In this document: positions 39,021-50,799 of the stretch, one piece after another
How the letters are laid out: each line of letters starts with the position of its first letter
Position numbering within the stretch: the stretch's first letter is position 1
NCBI GenBank assembly: GCA_047967505.1
Contig: CM106538.1
Source: Dipteris shenzhenensis
Lineage: Eukaryota
Direction: 5' to 3' (one strand)
Length of the DNA: 64,000 nt
Notes under the pieces: generated by a model
What the model was told of the DNA's origin: nothing
Seen by the model: only the letters and a program-made list of their open reading frames with translations
Databases searched by the model: none
Made by a program: the position numbers and the translations under genes

Positions 39021-40303
39021 CTAGTCAAACACATTGTTAGCAATCTTCAAAGTTGCAAGAGGAATGAAATTGGCACTATGCTTGCACTTCTCCACACGGC
39101 GGCGGATCTTACCACCATTTAAGGTAAAGTAGAAGGACTCTGACATGCCATCCTCCATGACCAATAGGTGTTCTTGCACATCCCTTAGAGTCCATTGCGA
39201 TGTGACATTCACATTCTTGACATCTCCCTCTTCAACATCAATAGACAAACTTATCCCCGTATTGTCTTCATCATTAGAGTCTAGGGGAAGCCACTGGCAA
39301 TTCGCTTTCTTCTAGCGCCTGAAAAGCTAAATACAACATTTGGCATGACAAATGGTATCTAATAACCACATTGTCTTTACATGCGTGACATTGAAACACA
39401 TCACCCTTTTGGTCACCTGACTTGGTTCCCCAATTCATCCCAAGTAAAACTTCAAGAGCATTTTCATCTACACGCTTGCAGGACCACATAATTTTTGTTC
39501 TATGCATATGTATATTCTGAAATAAAGAAGCAAAAATGTGCAGAGGCATAAACCAAGATAACGTTGCCCATTTGGATCCAAATGTAAACTTCATGGCCAT
39601 GCCCACATCCTTTGCAATCTTGTCCTTATACGATTGCAATGTCCTCGAGTCCACATTGCTGCAATCCATGTCTTGAATTTGTGGTGGTGCAATGGTTTGC
39701 AGTCGGCCATAGCTTGATGATGTCATTGGAGTGATGTATGTTTCATTATACCAATACACATTCTTCATTTGCAAGGAGGCCAACTTCTCCCAGGCATGCA
39801 TTTGCTTACCTAAATCCTCATGAATCGCAGTGAACTTGCCTATGAATGATTCAACTGGTTCCCACTCCTCGAGGTTCGAAGGGAAAACATCTGCCACCAT
39901 GAATAAGAGCTCTTAGAAACCAAAAACAAAATTTCCAAATGGACTCATTACACTTACAGGTGAGAAAGGTACATAGATAGAAAGGCTCACAGTGTGATGG
40001 TATCCTAGATTGATTGAATGATGGAGGAAGCTACATATCTTTTCCCATGTAAACATGTTGCACTTTTGCGAGCCATCCTTTCTTGCCAAACTTAAACTTC
40101 AAGATGCACCCCTTCCACTCATGCAAGATGTCACCTCTCTTGCTCTTGGGAAGCTTATGTGGACCTTTGGCCAATCCTTTCATCACTATCCAGTCATTTA
40201 AGCTGTAGGTGCAAGGGATTCACTCATCCAATGCATTTTTGGTGTTGTGGAAGACACAAGAGGCCACAGCATTGTGTGGTCTTGTAGCCTTTCTCCTCAC
40301 CAT
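39021..40303 (-). pseudogene. BAH-like domain protein with possible C-terminal ubiquitin-like fold (intron 39891-39957)
   Basis: MVRRKATRP...TYSLNDWIVMKG...EWKGCILKFKFGKKGWLAKVQHVYMGKDM...YVFPSNLEEWEPVESFIGKFTAIH follows the BAH consensus pattern; C-terminal ISLSIDVEEGDVKNVNVTSQWTLRDVQEHLL..FYFTLNG is beta-grasp-like; two stops and one frameshift near 39280. Confidence 0.6.
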
Positions 40304-41419
40304 GCTTGTAGAGGTTGCAATAGCAAGAATGGGACTCCTACACAAGGCAATGCAGCTCCAACAGAGGCACAAAAGAGGGAGAAGGAGAGGGATAGAGGGA
40401 TGCATCAATTTTACGAGCAAAAACCTATGAGCAGGTTTATCCGAGCGTGTTTTTCAAGAGATTTTTAAAAATGTTTTTCTTTAGGAAACATGGTTTTTAC
40501 ACTTTTATTTTCACTAGAACTAGATCCCTTTATCATAAAAATATACAGACTAGTCACTCATTCATTTTTACACAACATAATTTTCTTATTTGGAGACATC
40601 CCTTTGTACCCCTGTTATTACCTTAAAAAAGTGTTGATTCCTTTAAGAAACATTCCTCATAATCACTCTCAATGTAATAATACTATGCATATATAATTAC
40701 TTATTAACACATTTATATCATATGGCAATATCTTTTTAGTGTTTTTATAGCATATTTATGGACATATTTCTAAAGAAGTTTAAATTACTATAAATAAGTA
40801 TTAACTTAGGCTTATATATCACTCTCATAAAATACATGTAATATTTAATACTATATATGAAAGATTTTCCAAAATATAACTCCATAGATGTGCTCAAATG
40901 GGGTGTTCCGATCAATTTGAGTGGTTGAATGACTATATTTGGACATTGGATATGAAAGTTATGTCACTTTTAAAAGTGTTGTCCAAGGTAGTTTCGCCAG
41001 CGAAACTACCTTGGGAGACTTGCTTCAAAGGGGTTTCGCTGGCGAAACTACCTGGATGGCTTGCTTCAATGAGTTTTCTTTGAAGAAACTCTGTCATGAA
41101 GATAGGTTGAGAGAGGGTTTTCAATGTCACCCCCTATTAAGTAAAAGTTGTAAGAAGGATCATAAGGGAATTTTCATAGAGAAGTCTACTCTACATGTGG
41201 GTTTCTTCAAAAGCCATCCCATTATGCTCTCACCATTCCTACAGATTCACCTAAAGATTTTTGTATAAAATAGGCATTGCTATAATACTTTGCATATTTC
41301 TAAGTGAAACTATGTTTTCTTCTGATCGATTTTTGCCATATTTATGCATAGTTGGAAGCTTTTTTTTTCCTTCGCTCGGACGCTCGGAAGATTTCGCTCA
41401 GAAAATGCTCGTCCCCGGG

Positions 41420-41677
41420 ATAGAGCAGCAGCAATAGAGACATAGGAGAGGGAGAAGGAGAGGGACAGAGTAGCTCGAATAGAGGCACAAAAGAGGGAGA
41501 AGGAGAGGGATGGAGCAACAGCAATAGAGGCACAGGAGGGGGAGAAGGAGAGGGATGGAGCAACAGAGGCACAGGAGAGGGAGAAGGAGAGGGATGGAGC
41601 AACAGCAACAGAGGCACAGGAGGGGGAGAAGGAGAGGGACAGAGCAGCTCCAACAGAGGCACAAGAGAGGGAGAGGG

Positions 41678-41700
<23 letters not shown>
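41420..41700. repeat. Purine-rich minisatellite, ~36-42 bp unit x ~6
   Basis: Unit approximately gagggagaaggagagggatggagcaacagcaacagaggcacagga; one related unit at 40350-40400 upstream of the BAH-like gene. Confidence 0.85.
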
Positions 41701-41712
<12 letters not shown>

Positions 41713-42145
41713 GAGTTGCAGCAAGCAGGCCAGAGCAGGAGGGAGCAGAGAAAGAGGGGGAAGAGGAAAAATGCGTGGGATTTGTTTCAAATCTGAGTGA
41801 TTTGGCAGGTTGGACTAGAACAGTGGGGGGCAGAGGCCATAGAAAGAGGGAGGGGAGAAGAAAAATTTTCCATTTGGGCCCTACCATCCCATTGAATGCA
41901 GTTTTGGGCTCATGTGGGGGAGGTGCACCTGGTAGGAGGGTCAAACATGGGTTAAGAGGGAGGGGATGTTTTGGGTGGTCCCTAGTGTAAGGGGAGCAAC
42001 CAATAGGGGCTCTCTGTAGGCCTGCCCACCCTCCACCTCAACATACCATTGCCCCACGCCTTCTAGCACTCTCATTGGTACACCTCAAATCACTCTCTAA
42101 TCCCTTGAAATTAGGAAACACTAATTGGAGGCCCTTTTGAGACCC

Positions 42146-43385
42146 CAATTCTCCCCTAATGTGCATGAGCTATTTGCTATGCTGGCATTTGCTGTGTGGA
42201 GGTAGACATTAGTGGAGGTCGATGCAGAGGCATCGACTGGAGACATTGTTGAGGTCGCTCGGGAGAGCTAAGTCATTGCAGATGAAGGTCAGTCAGCCAG
42301 TGGTTGCCACGGTCAGCTCATCGGAGGCGGTGCATTGGCTGGAGCATGGGCTACCATCGCTATAGAGTCATGGAGGTTTAGCACTGTTGATGGCCCATCC
42401 TGAGCTTCGTTGCACCTTGTCTGTAGGTGGAGACACCTATCCTTTATTGTGTGAAGCCCGTTGGGAGCGATTGTGCATGCTCGTTGGTTAATGGAGCTGC
42501 TCACTGATCGACGGAGGATTCTTTGGAGTGCTACAAATGATGATGCTATAGAGACTACTAGTTGGAGAAGGCGTCTCTCTGTCAATGTGTAGCAATTCAT
42601 TTGTGTAGCAACCGAACTGCTCATTTGTGTCAATCGTCTAATCCTTATCTCTATTGTTGCAGTGTAAGCTGTTTTGTGTATGGAGCCTTTGAAGCCTTTG
42701 AATGAGGCTTTGCTCTATGTAGAGGCTGCAGCCTTTAACACTATTCGAGGCTTGCCTTTGTTGGAGATGCTTGGAGCATATTTTGAGTCTCCATCTCTCA
42801 AAACTCTCCCAAATCTCTCAAAGCATCTCTCTCTTTCTCATAAGAACAGATCTCTCAAGAAGAATGCCTCACTATTTCTCTTTCAACAATCGGCAAAGTA
42901 ATGAATGGAAGGAATACCTCTCTTTCGCTCATGAAAGAAATAATTCTCAATGTATGAAATCAATGACAAAAATTCTCTCTCTCATGAAATGAATGGAAAT
43001 GTCTCTCTCAATGGAAGTGAACTTGCATGAAGAACACTCAAGAGGAACTCTCGATCTCACAATCTCTCAATCACTCTCGCAAGGATCTCAATGCCTCAGC
43101 AGAAGGCAAGGGAGCTCTGATACCATGACAAAATATGAAGAGGGGAGAGGAGAAGAGTGGAGATGAGGAGAGAGGGCACAGCTAGAGAGCACACCACAAA
43201 TGATTAATTGTACACTAGATATAGTTGAAAAAATAGAATATGTAAAAACCCATTTAGGGTTAGGGTTAGGGGATCTAACCCTTTCCTTTATAGCACTCTA
43301 TTGGGTTAGTGCTATGCACATATGATCACATGATGGTGCTATGCACACATGATCACATGATGTTGAGCGTGAACTCTCAACAACA
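42146..43385 (-). mobile_element. Non-autonomous LTR-type unit: LTR (43385-43126), PBS (43125-43114), non-coding internal region, PPT (42157-42148)
   Basis: Minus strand TG...CA LTR followed by TGGTATCAGAGC (tRNA-iMet PBS); ends AGGGGAGAAT-TG. Confidence 0.7.
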
Positions 43386-43389
43386 AAGA

Positions 43390-44826
43390 TGTGTCATTAG
43401 TATTTTTTGGTATAGTGGGCTTGATTTCCCTAGTTCTCATATTGATTTGCATATTAATATCCTGATTCTAGATTGTGATCCTATCTGTACCCCAATTATG
43501 GATTATTGACGTCTCCCAAAGCCATGTTCTTCCCAACAATATTTCGTATGCGGTCGATCCTTGGGAAAGATCCAATATGGTGATTGGTATAGTGACTTTG
43601 ACTGCCGCGATTTTTGTTGGCACATTGTTAGCAATTCCCAATGGCTTCATCTCATTGATGTCGGCTAGGCATATGTTGAATGTGGCATTCCTCATTGGTG
43701 TTAGTCCCCATTCTTCATAGATATCCCTTGCAAGAATGTTGACACCTACCTTGCCATCCATTATTGTAGGGTATTGACCAATGGCTTTATGCTCTAGCAG
43801 GATAATTACATTTTTTATGTCATTTATATAGCCTTATGTTCCTCTTTAGGTGGTGGGAAACATTGTGTTGATTCTATCCAACCCTTGAAATTTTCCCACA
43901 TTGTACAAAAATTTCTCAATAAGGATCCAATTGACATTGTGATGGGACAACTGATTAAGCTGGCTAAGGTGGCATCATCCAATTGGGGATGAGTTGCATG
44001 CGTTGCCACACTTTGTTTCTTTATGGCAAAAATGAGTTTTTGTCATGCTGCTTCCTTCTACTTCCTTGTTATCACTAGTACAGGTTGGGATACAATGCTT
44101 GGTGTAGCCACACTATGACTCTCAATGCTAATGATTCCATGGGGTAAATCCAACTTTGCTTCATTGGGTTGTGGAGGCTTTCCTCTGAGTGGGCAAATCC
44201 ATGCACGGATGCCCAACTCGGCTTCCTTTGAGCGGATTAGATGGTTTCTCCACATCCCAAAAGACTTGATGGGTGCTTGATATGTCACTGGTTTTACTTG
44301 ATTGGCATCCAATGGAATGAGTCCTTCAGCACCATCCATGTAGTACATGGGGTATTGTGGTTCACACTCATATTGTGGTTCCAAGTTCTGAGGAAGGAGT
44401 TGTTGCACTAGATTGTTGAGCAAGATTAGGGACTCGAGGATACTGTGTAGGATTGGGATTTCTTAGTAGTTGAGGTGCTTGTGTCCTCATGGGGATGGGA
44501 TGGAGTAGTGGCACGGGGTGCAAGTACTGGCTGCTTGTAACTGGAATTGGTGCCTGTTGGTATTGTTGGGGCCGGGGTTATGCAATCCTCATATTGTAGA
44601 AGCATGTGTTGACTTTGTGGCTTGCAACATTGCAAACGGCACACCATAATCTTGGGGATTGGGCCACTTCTGGTGGGTTGAGTCTGTTCCTTAGGATTGG
44701 GCACTCATTGGCCATGTGGCTGCCATACAGTGTCGGCACCATATATTCTCTCATCTTGGGTACTATGGTGGTCGAGAGACTCGCAACTTTTGCTCTATGG
44801 CCTAGATTATTTCTTCCTTCACCCTT
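43390..44826 (-). mobile_element. Ty3/Gypsy gag-protease fragment
   Basis: Decayed Zn knuckle (..GSHMANEC) and aspartic protease-like IMDGKVGVNI...YEILLGRTWL...IIHNW. Confidence 0.7.
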
Positions 44827-46173
44827 TGTTGTGGATTCATCTCAACATCATGTGCTATCATATGTGCATAGCACTAACACAGAGTGCTAAAAGGCACAAG
44901 GGTTGGAAAACGTAACCCTATAGGGATTTGTACATTTTCATTATTTTCAACTAAATCTAGTGTATAGTTAGTCATTTGTGGTGTGCTCTCTAGCTGTGCC
45001 CTCTCTCCTCATCCCCACTCTTCTCCTCATCTCCTCATCCTCTCATCTCATCATCTCCACTCTTCTCCTTCTCCTCTATCCATATTTGTTCATGGTATTA
45101 AAGCACGTGGTCGTTCCTTCCGCTGAGGCGCCATCGGTGAGAGATCGAGAGGTCCTTCTTGATTATTCCATTCACTTTCATTGAGTGAAATTTTCGTTCA
45201 TCTCTTTTGAGAGTTTGTGAGAGATCTAGTGATTGAGAGAGAGATTTGTGAGTTCTTTTTTCGTTCATTTCCCTTATGAGAATTCATTGAGAGGCCTTTG
45301 AGTATTCATTTCTGTCATGTCAGAGAGAGAGGCTTGTGAGAATTTTTTGAGTTCATTGAGAGAAAGGCATTGAAATCCATCTTCTTTTCTTTGAGAGCAT
45401 TCTGTGTCTGAGAGAGAATAGAGAGGTGTTCTAAGAGAGAGGCTTTCTTGGGGGAAGAGAGAGTGCTTTAGTCTTTCATTGAAATCCATCTTATTTCCTT
45501 TCAAATTGAGAGAATTCTGTGTCTGAGAGAGAATAGAGAGGTGTTCTAAGAGAGACGCTTTCTTGGGGGAAGAGAGAGCGCTTTAGTCTTTCATCAACTC
45601 CAAAATCTTTCAACACAGTAGCAGCCTCAAATGAACTCACAGCAAAGAGCTTAGGCTATGGGTGGTTGAGCCACAGTTCTACCTTCATCCTACCTAACAA
45701 TAGATACACCATGCACAACAATGCCGAACGACTTCTTGCCGAAGGTTTCAACACAATGTGCAAGCCAAGCCTCCAATTACAAGGCATAGACCACAACATA
45801 GCCACCTCAACAATGCTTCAACCTAAGCCTACAACCCGGTGACCTCCACACTCTATCTACAACCATCCAAGGCAACAAGCTATAGCATGCCAACATGCCA
45901 TAATAGTAGTGCGATGACTCCTACAACAACTTCTAGCTTCAGCAACCATGACAAGAAATCAATGCAATGAATGGCAGCTATGCTATCCAAATGCCCTGAC
46001 ACAATGACCTACTACCTTAATGCTCCAATGACCTACCGGCTCAAGCATACGACTATGACATAACACTACAAAGAAGCTCAAAACAACTAGACAAGGCTAT
46101 CTTCACCGAGCATAGCACTAGGTTGGGTTAATACCGAGCACCTTTTTTGAGTTAGCCTTGGGTGAGGGAATTG
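44827..46173 (+). mobile_element. Second copy of the same non-autonomous LTR-type unit: LTR 44827-45092, PBS 45093-45104, PPT ~46159-46171
   Basis: LTR is the inverted homologue of 43126-43385; PBS tggtattaaagc; internal region related to the first copy; ends GAGGGAAT-TG. Confidence 0.7.
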
Positions 46174-46183
46174 AACCATCAAC

Positions 46184-47500
46184 ATTTTGGCGATCCTGCT
46201 AGGGAAGGGTTAATTAAATTGCAAGCTGATGATCGATCTAGGTAGGAGATTTAGAGAACCGAGTTAGTAAGCTCAATGTCAAGGCCAGTAAGATCATGTT
46301 AACTAGTCACAAAGTGAAACCATTGCTGAAAATCATGGGCTACCATAGGAAATTCCTCCAAGTGACTCTAGACAAGTGGCACTGACTAATGTGTGCTTGA
46401 AGACCGACGTGTGGGATACACAAAGTATTCGGATCGCTACTCGGATACTTTTTGCCTTCGTTAATGGCTGACACATGCTTGAAAAGATAAAGAACATACA
46501 CGACTAGGTGTGAAGAATATTTGAGCCAAAGAAATTGGTTACATTCGACTATGAGAAATGGAGCAATCTCAAAACTAGAGTCAATGCCTAAAGGAGGCTA
46601 GCAAAAGCAACTGACCAATCAGAGTGACGAGTACAAGGAGAGAGACTCAACTACGCTACCCCAGGGGTGGAAGTTGACTTTATGTAGAGCTATAAGGATA
46701 GAATGATAGTGTTGGGATGAGGCCACGTAGAAGATTGGCAAGTGAATGTCCGTCATGGCAAGTGGAGTCCGAGCACTCATCTATAGAGAGTTTGGATTTT
46801 GAACGAATGGCCATTCTCTTGGTGGGGGAACATCAGAATGAACAAGAAGATAACTCAAAGAAAAAGAGAGTGTCTTTGATAGTACTCATCTATCATTCTC
46901 TAGAGGGATTGCATCGAGAAAGACATGAAGGTAGAAGACCAGCTATGGCTGATGGTCACAGAACCAACTAAGGGAAAGAGAGGCATGCTGCTAATGGAGA
47001 GAGACGTTGCCAAAGACCTGAAGTGAATGTGGAGAAACTAAGGCAATTTTCTTGAGTTCCTCTCACAGTAGATAGAAATTCTACTCGGCCAATGGGCGTA
47101 CGTTGAATTGTACCTTTAAGGCCTAAAGATAATACCAATCAATTGAGGGAGAGTTTACAGTGACCTCACACACATGAAGGTAGTTATGACAAGTGGAAGG
47201 CTAGTGACTCTGTCCTTCCGAGTGGAAGACCTACTTACTCTGGTTTTTGAGCAGAAAAGTCTAAGTCAAGTTCCAACATCAAGGTGGAATTTCAAAATTT
47301 CAAAGGCATAGATGATGAAGACCCTTACAGTCACTTGCAAATTTTCTTACGTGTCTGTCACATTAACGGGCAATAACAGATGAAGAGTATATGGATTATT
47401 TCACATGTACCCTAATAAAAAATGCCAGAGATGGTTTAACTAGTTTCCAATTGGGTATTTCCAAGATTGGCATGCCATGTCCGAACTCTAAGATTTTCTA
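46184..47500 (+). mobile_element. Gypsy 5' internal region with PBS-like site and gag start
   Basis: caaca-ttt-tggcgatcctgctaggg (LTR end plus TGGCG PBS-like site at 46188); gag-like KVEFQNFKGIDDEDPYSHLQIFLRVCHING at ~47280-47370. Confidence 0.55.
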
Positions 47501-49139
47501 GGATAGACTATATCTTATTTATCACTATTCTTTCCCATTATTAACAGAAAAGCAAAGTCATGGTGAAATGGCCCTCAAAAGCGAGTCATGGTATAATGGC
47601 CGTTAAATGTGAAGTCACATGCATTTTATGACTTTTGAAATGGCCCTCAAAATAAACATCATGATTAAACACTAAAGGGAAAGTCATGGTATCCTTATTT
47701 CATGTTAAATATCATGATTCATATCCTCTTATATTCTTTGTTCAAATATTAAAACCTTGTCATATAGAAATATCACATTTTTGCCATACTACACTCTATT
47801 TTCATATTAGACTCTCTTTTTTGCCACACATAAATAGAGCTGGTCTTAGAATGGGTCTTAGAATGTTCACAATATTTCATTACGAAATAGAATGCACACA
47901 CTAAAGAACACTTAGTTAAAATGTTCATACTATTCTAGTATGAAATATAATGTGGGCACTTAATATACGAAGCCTTAAAATGAGTATGGGTTAGAATGTA
48001 TATATTAAGCATATCAACTCTTAGAATGTTTATATTATTATAATATGAAGCAAAATGTACACACTAAGCATAGAGTGTTTACACTAAGGGTCAACATTTT
48101 CTTGGGTGTAGCCAATCACGGAACTATTTTCGGGGCCATTTTGGGGCTGCGATGCGATGTGCTCCTGAGTGAGATTTTGAATTTTGTGCAGACCCACGCT
48201 CTCGCCGAAGATTTTCCCGTCGTCATGATACTGCATTGGCATAATAATGAGAAAAAATCCATTTATTTGAACACCCCTAGGGGTCCCTAAAGAACCAATT
48301 CATATGAAATACTTTTCATTGTTCTCTTGCAATATGAAAACATCACCTTGCTTCTATTTCAAAAGTATTACATTCAAAAGGCAGCCTAGAGGAATCAAAG
48401 GGATCCTATGCTTTTCATGAAGCCAAATGCATTTACATAATTGGCCCAAAATTCTTTTTAAAACACCCCATAACAAAAAAAAGCAATAGCTTTATAAATT
48501 TGGAAGTGCCTTATTATAAGGGGAAACCATGCAACCAGTCCTCAAGTACCTTCCTCAAACACCTAATGAGCTTGCTTTTCCCTTACATTACCTTCTCCTC
48601 CCCATGGCTTAGTCACTTTAACACACTTACTCTGCTTTGTACTCCCTCCTCCACCCACAAAATGACCCTTCTCCCTATGCTTTCCCAATTGTTTGATTGT
48701 GGTGTGAGCTACAAAGACATGCAATTGCAACTTGTCAAGTTGAAGCAATTCATTTTTCGATGTTTCCATATACAAATGCATCATCATCTTCTTCTCATAG
48801 TGCCTTCCATTTTGGCGCTTCTTTAATAGAGTATCAAACTCTCTCCTTCCATCTCCTTTTGACATGTATGTGATCATGTGATTTGTGCCTTCCTTGAAAA
48901 CGTAAATGTCCTTTAACTAATCTTTTGAATATTGTGCACTCTCAATGATCTCAATCATTTGGCTATTGCTCTCACCTAACATAGTCATTTGGCTTTGCCA
49001 AACCTTAAATTATCTCTATTTGGGCTAAGGTTAGCTTGCTTGAGATTGCTTGGAATATCCTAAGGGACCATTCCTACTTTACCTTTTTGGTTACTAGATT
49101 CCATAGGCAAAGGAGAGAAAGGATCGACGAATGCTAGAT

Positions 49140-49510
49140 GTGAAGTAGTATGGTTTAAATGAATTCTTTTAGAGTTTCAATTTTTTCCAAAAGATCCTAC
49201 AATACTTTATTTAGACAATATGAGCAGCATTTAAGTGGCGAAGATCCCAATTTTCCATGCCAAAATGAAGCACATTGAGGTGTATTGTCATTGAGATGTA
49301 TTGTATGAAGCACATTGAGGTGTATTGTCATTTTGTTAGAGGAAAAGCTCTCAATGGTGAGACAAATCTTATTCATGTTCTAACTCCCTTCTAATTTAAT
49401 GAAAAGCTACATATATCTTCAACAAACCTATTTTCCTGACAAATTTAGTTACATTTGACAATTATTATGGCATTTGCCCAAATTAGCCACAACCTAAGAT
49501 GGGGAAGTGA
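49140..49510 (+). mobile_element. Ty1/Copia RNase H 3' fragment with PPT
   Basis: YLDNMSSI*VAKIPIFHAKMKHIEVYCHFVR matches the Copia RNase H motif DNxSAI..A.NP.FH.RxKHIE; purine tract aagatggggaag-tg at ~49496-49509. Confidence 0.75.
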
Positions 49511-50799
49511 GGGCTAAGTTGTACTTTGCATTCCTTTCTGTAAATGTCAATGCATATTCATTGTGCTCAGGCACATACTACTTTGATGTTTTTCATCAAA
49601 TTTTCCTTTTTAGTTTATTAAACTTTTCATTCCCAAAAAAAATAAAAAAATTGTAATGCAATATCTACTTATTCAATGCTATTTAAGCACGGGCATTAGG
49701 CATGTAAGGTACACTAGAGTGCTAGTGTCCTATGTGGACAATATGTCCCAAGTGGAACAAAATGTTCACTAAAGAAAATAAATTCTTACCCATTCAATTG
49801 TATAATTATTGTCTTCTCTTTTCTATGCTAGTATATAGTTACCCATATCATGTGTGGGTGGACTCTCTTCCTATCTATTGTGCACTTACCTTCTCTTACA
49901 CTCTCCCTCTCTTGAGCCTTTAAATATCTAAGATTATAGATGTAATGGGCACATCCCCCCTTATATCCTAAGGTAGGGTTTCTACAAGGCCTAATGGCCT
50001 CAAATTTTATACTTGAACTACCACTAGTGCATGGACTTCTACAAGTTGTTATGATGTGTTCTTGTGAATGGTAAACTATCTTTGGTAGTGATACTTTTCT
50101 TTTGAGGCATCTTAGTTTAACTGCCAGCTCATCTATTGAGGGGGGGTTTCCTTGTATGTTTCATATGGGAGACATCTTCTTTCCCATTGCTTATGTCTTT
50201 GCCTCTGCATTCCCTCCTTATATTTGAGGGTTACTATTGTTGAAGAAATGGAGAAAAGGAGGGAGATGAGTAGTGTCACACCACACATTACTATACAATA
50301 TATACACTACACTCCACTATCCTCCACATAGTAGAGTGAACCCAAAGTGGGTATATACAAGGAAGGTGATAGGGGAATAAGGTCCCATATATCCCATATA
50401 CACACCAATGATGCAATTTATAGTCTCAATGTCACCTCTTATATTGCACTACAAGATGGACATGGAGTGCAAATTTTAAAATATTTCTCTAAAAATTTAC
50501 AACATTCAAGAAAATTGTAGGAGCATGTACAATGTGTGCAACTTAACATGTGGTTTTCCCATCTTGAGCTTAAAAGTATCCATTGACTTTGGGAAGAAAA
50601 GCAAGAAAATAGGCTAAAGGAAAATTGGAACTATGCAAAAGAAAAGGAAGTCACTCTAGATCAAAGATTTGTCACTCAATAAACTATGTGCTACAAATGG
50701 CTGAGGCAGAGTGGAATATATCATAAGTAGTATTGGATAGGCATGTTATTCCATGGCGATCACAATGAAGCTAACTATATAATAGATGCCACCTATAGA

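Larger units (their letters stand above)
32500..41987. mobile_element. Putative large RAG1/Transib-like DNA transposon with cargo genes (boundaries tentative)
   Basis: Transposase plus three tightly packed genes with similar decay; candidate right terminus CCTAGTG at 41981-41987 (CACTAGG on - strand); matching left TIR not found. Confidence 0.6.

Noticed and set aside
37345-40303. True RAG2-like (kelch + PHD) gene
   Set aside because: No kelch GG/W repeat pattern and no Cys4-His-Cys3 PHD were seen in the minus-strand genes.
41342-41944. 200-aa and 130-aa Pro/Leu/Cys-rich ORFs
   Set aside because: They are translations of the purine-rich minisatellite.
43252-43272. Telomere-like TTTAGGGTTAGGGTTAGGG
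   Set aside because: Only three units inside an LTR; not an interstitial telomere array.
48060-48290. cactaagggtc as partner TIR of the RAG-like element
   Set aside because: Wrong side and orientation relative to the cluster, and weak similarity; may be the end of another DNA element.
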